From positions 3,410,001 through 3,474,000 of the forward strand of contig OZ059897.1 in NCBI GenBank assembly GCA_964057225.1: a stretch of DNA of 64,000 bases. The letters are read 5' to 3'. The notes beneath the pieces are model-generated. The model was not told the DNA's origin and ran no database searches. It saw only the letters and a program-made list of their open reading frames with translations. Position numbers and translations under genes: made by a program. Source of the stretch: Auanema rhodensis. Its lineage: Eukaryota; Animalia; Nematoda. The stretch's first letter is position 1, and every line of letters begins with the position of its first letter. This document shows positions 63,451-64,000 of the stretch, one piece after another.

Positions 63451-64000
63451 GTCGATCTGTTTTATCAGATTTGAGTTAGCTTGAAAATGCACCGAGATAT
63501 CAACTGATATATGTTCACACTTATATCCTCGATTTTCACCCTGAAGAATTAATTTTTTCGTTGAATAACATTGTCCATCGTCTTTGCCTTGAAAAAAGAA
63601 ATCTAAAAACTCCTACTTTTTGTGAAATTATTTAGAAATTTTTCGGGAAAATTTTTGTCAAAATGTTTTTGGAAGCAATGTTGAGTGTACATGGGAACTC
63701 AACATACACTAATGCATTATTTTTCAAACGATCATAACTTATTTTTGTATAGAGCGTTTCTCAATGTAGTAAAGTGCATTCGATGCGGATTTTTAAGCTG
63801 CGTCGATCTGTGTTATCCGATTTGAGTTAGCTTGAAAATGCACCGAGATATCAACTGATATATGTTCACACTTATATCCTCGATTTTCACCCTGAAGAAT
63901 TAATTTTTTCGTTGAATAACATTGTCCATCGTCTTTGCCTTGAAAAAAGAAATCTAAAAACTCCTACTTTTTGTGAAATTATTTAAAAATTTTTCGGGAA

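Larger units (their letters stand above)
1..64000. repeat. Tandem satellite DNA array, 351/352-bp monomer, about 185 copies, single orientation
   Basis: Anchor motifs such as GAGATATCAACTGATAT, GGAAGCAATGTTGAGTGTACATGGGAACTCA and GCATTCGATGCGG recur every 351/352 bp (303/304 bp in deleted copies) across the whole window. Adjacent ORF starts at 2791 and 3142 differ by 351. No unique sequence or inversion was seen. Confidence 0.99.

Noticed and set aside
1-64000. CRISPR array or programmed variable-cassette system
   Set aside because: There are no unique spacers and no cas, recombinase or reverse transcriptase genes. Variation is a small shared pool of SNPs and indels across the entire monomer.
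1-64000. Assignment to a named satellite family or taxon (e.g. insect satellites of about 350-360 bp)
   Set aside because: Only length and AT content are similar. I cannot support a sequence match without a database search.

Overview
The whole 64-kb window is one uninterrupted head-to-tail satellite DNA array in a single orientation. It contains about 185 copies of an AT-rich monomer of 351/352 bp (about 32% GC by hand count of the 2791-3141 copy). I found no credible protein-coding gene, RNA gene, transposon insertion or CRISPR array. All listed ORFs are chance 62-75 aa frames inside the monomer. The informative structure lies in the variation between monomers. It includes two main monomer haplotypes, a recurrent 48-bp-deleted (303/304 bp) monomer seen at about 25 sites, an 8-bp micro-duplication, nested local duplications of 5, 6, 7, 8, 10, 13 and 16 monomers, runs of homogenised single monomers, probable gene-conversion tracts, a turnover of marker variants at about 30-33 kb, and rising divergence near the right end. 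The monomer has a near-invariant core with a 9-bp inverted repeat, several other dyads and phased A/T tracts. This fits eukaryotic (peri)centromeric or heterochromatic satellite DNA. The organism and any centromere function cannot be determined from this sequence alone. Variant positions and counts were read by eye.
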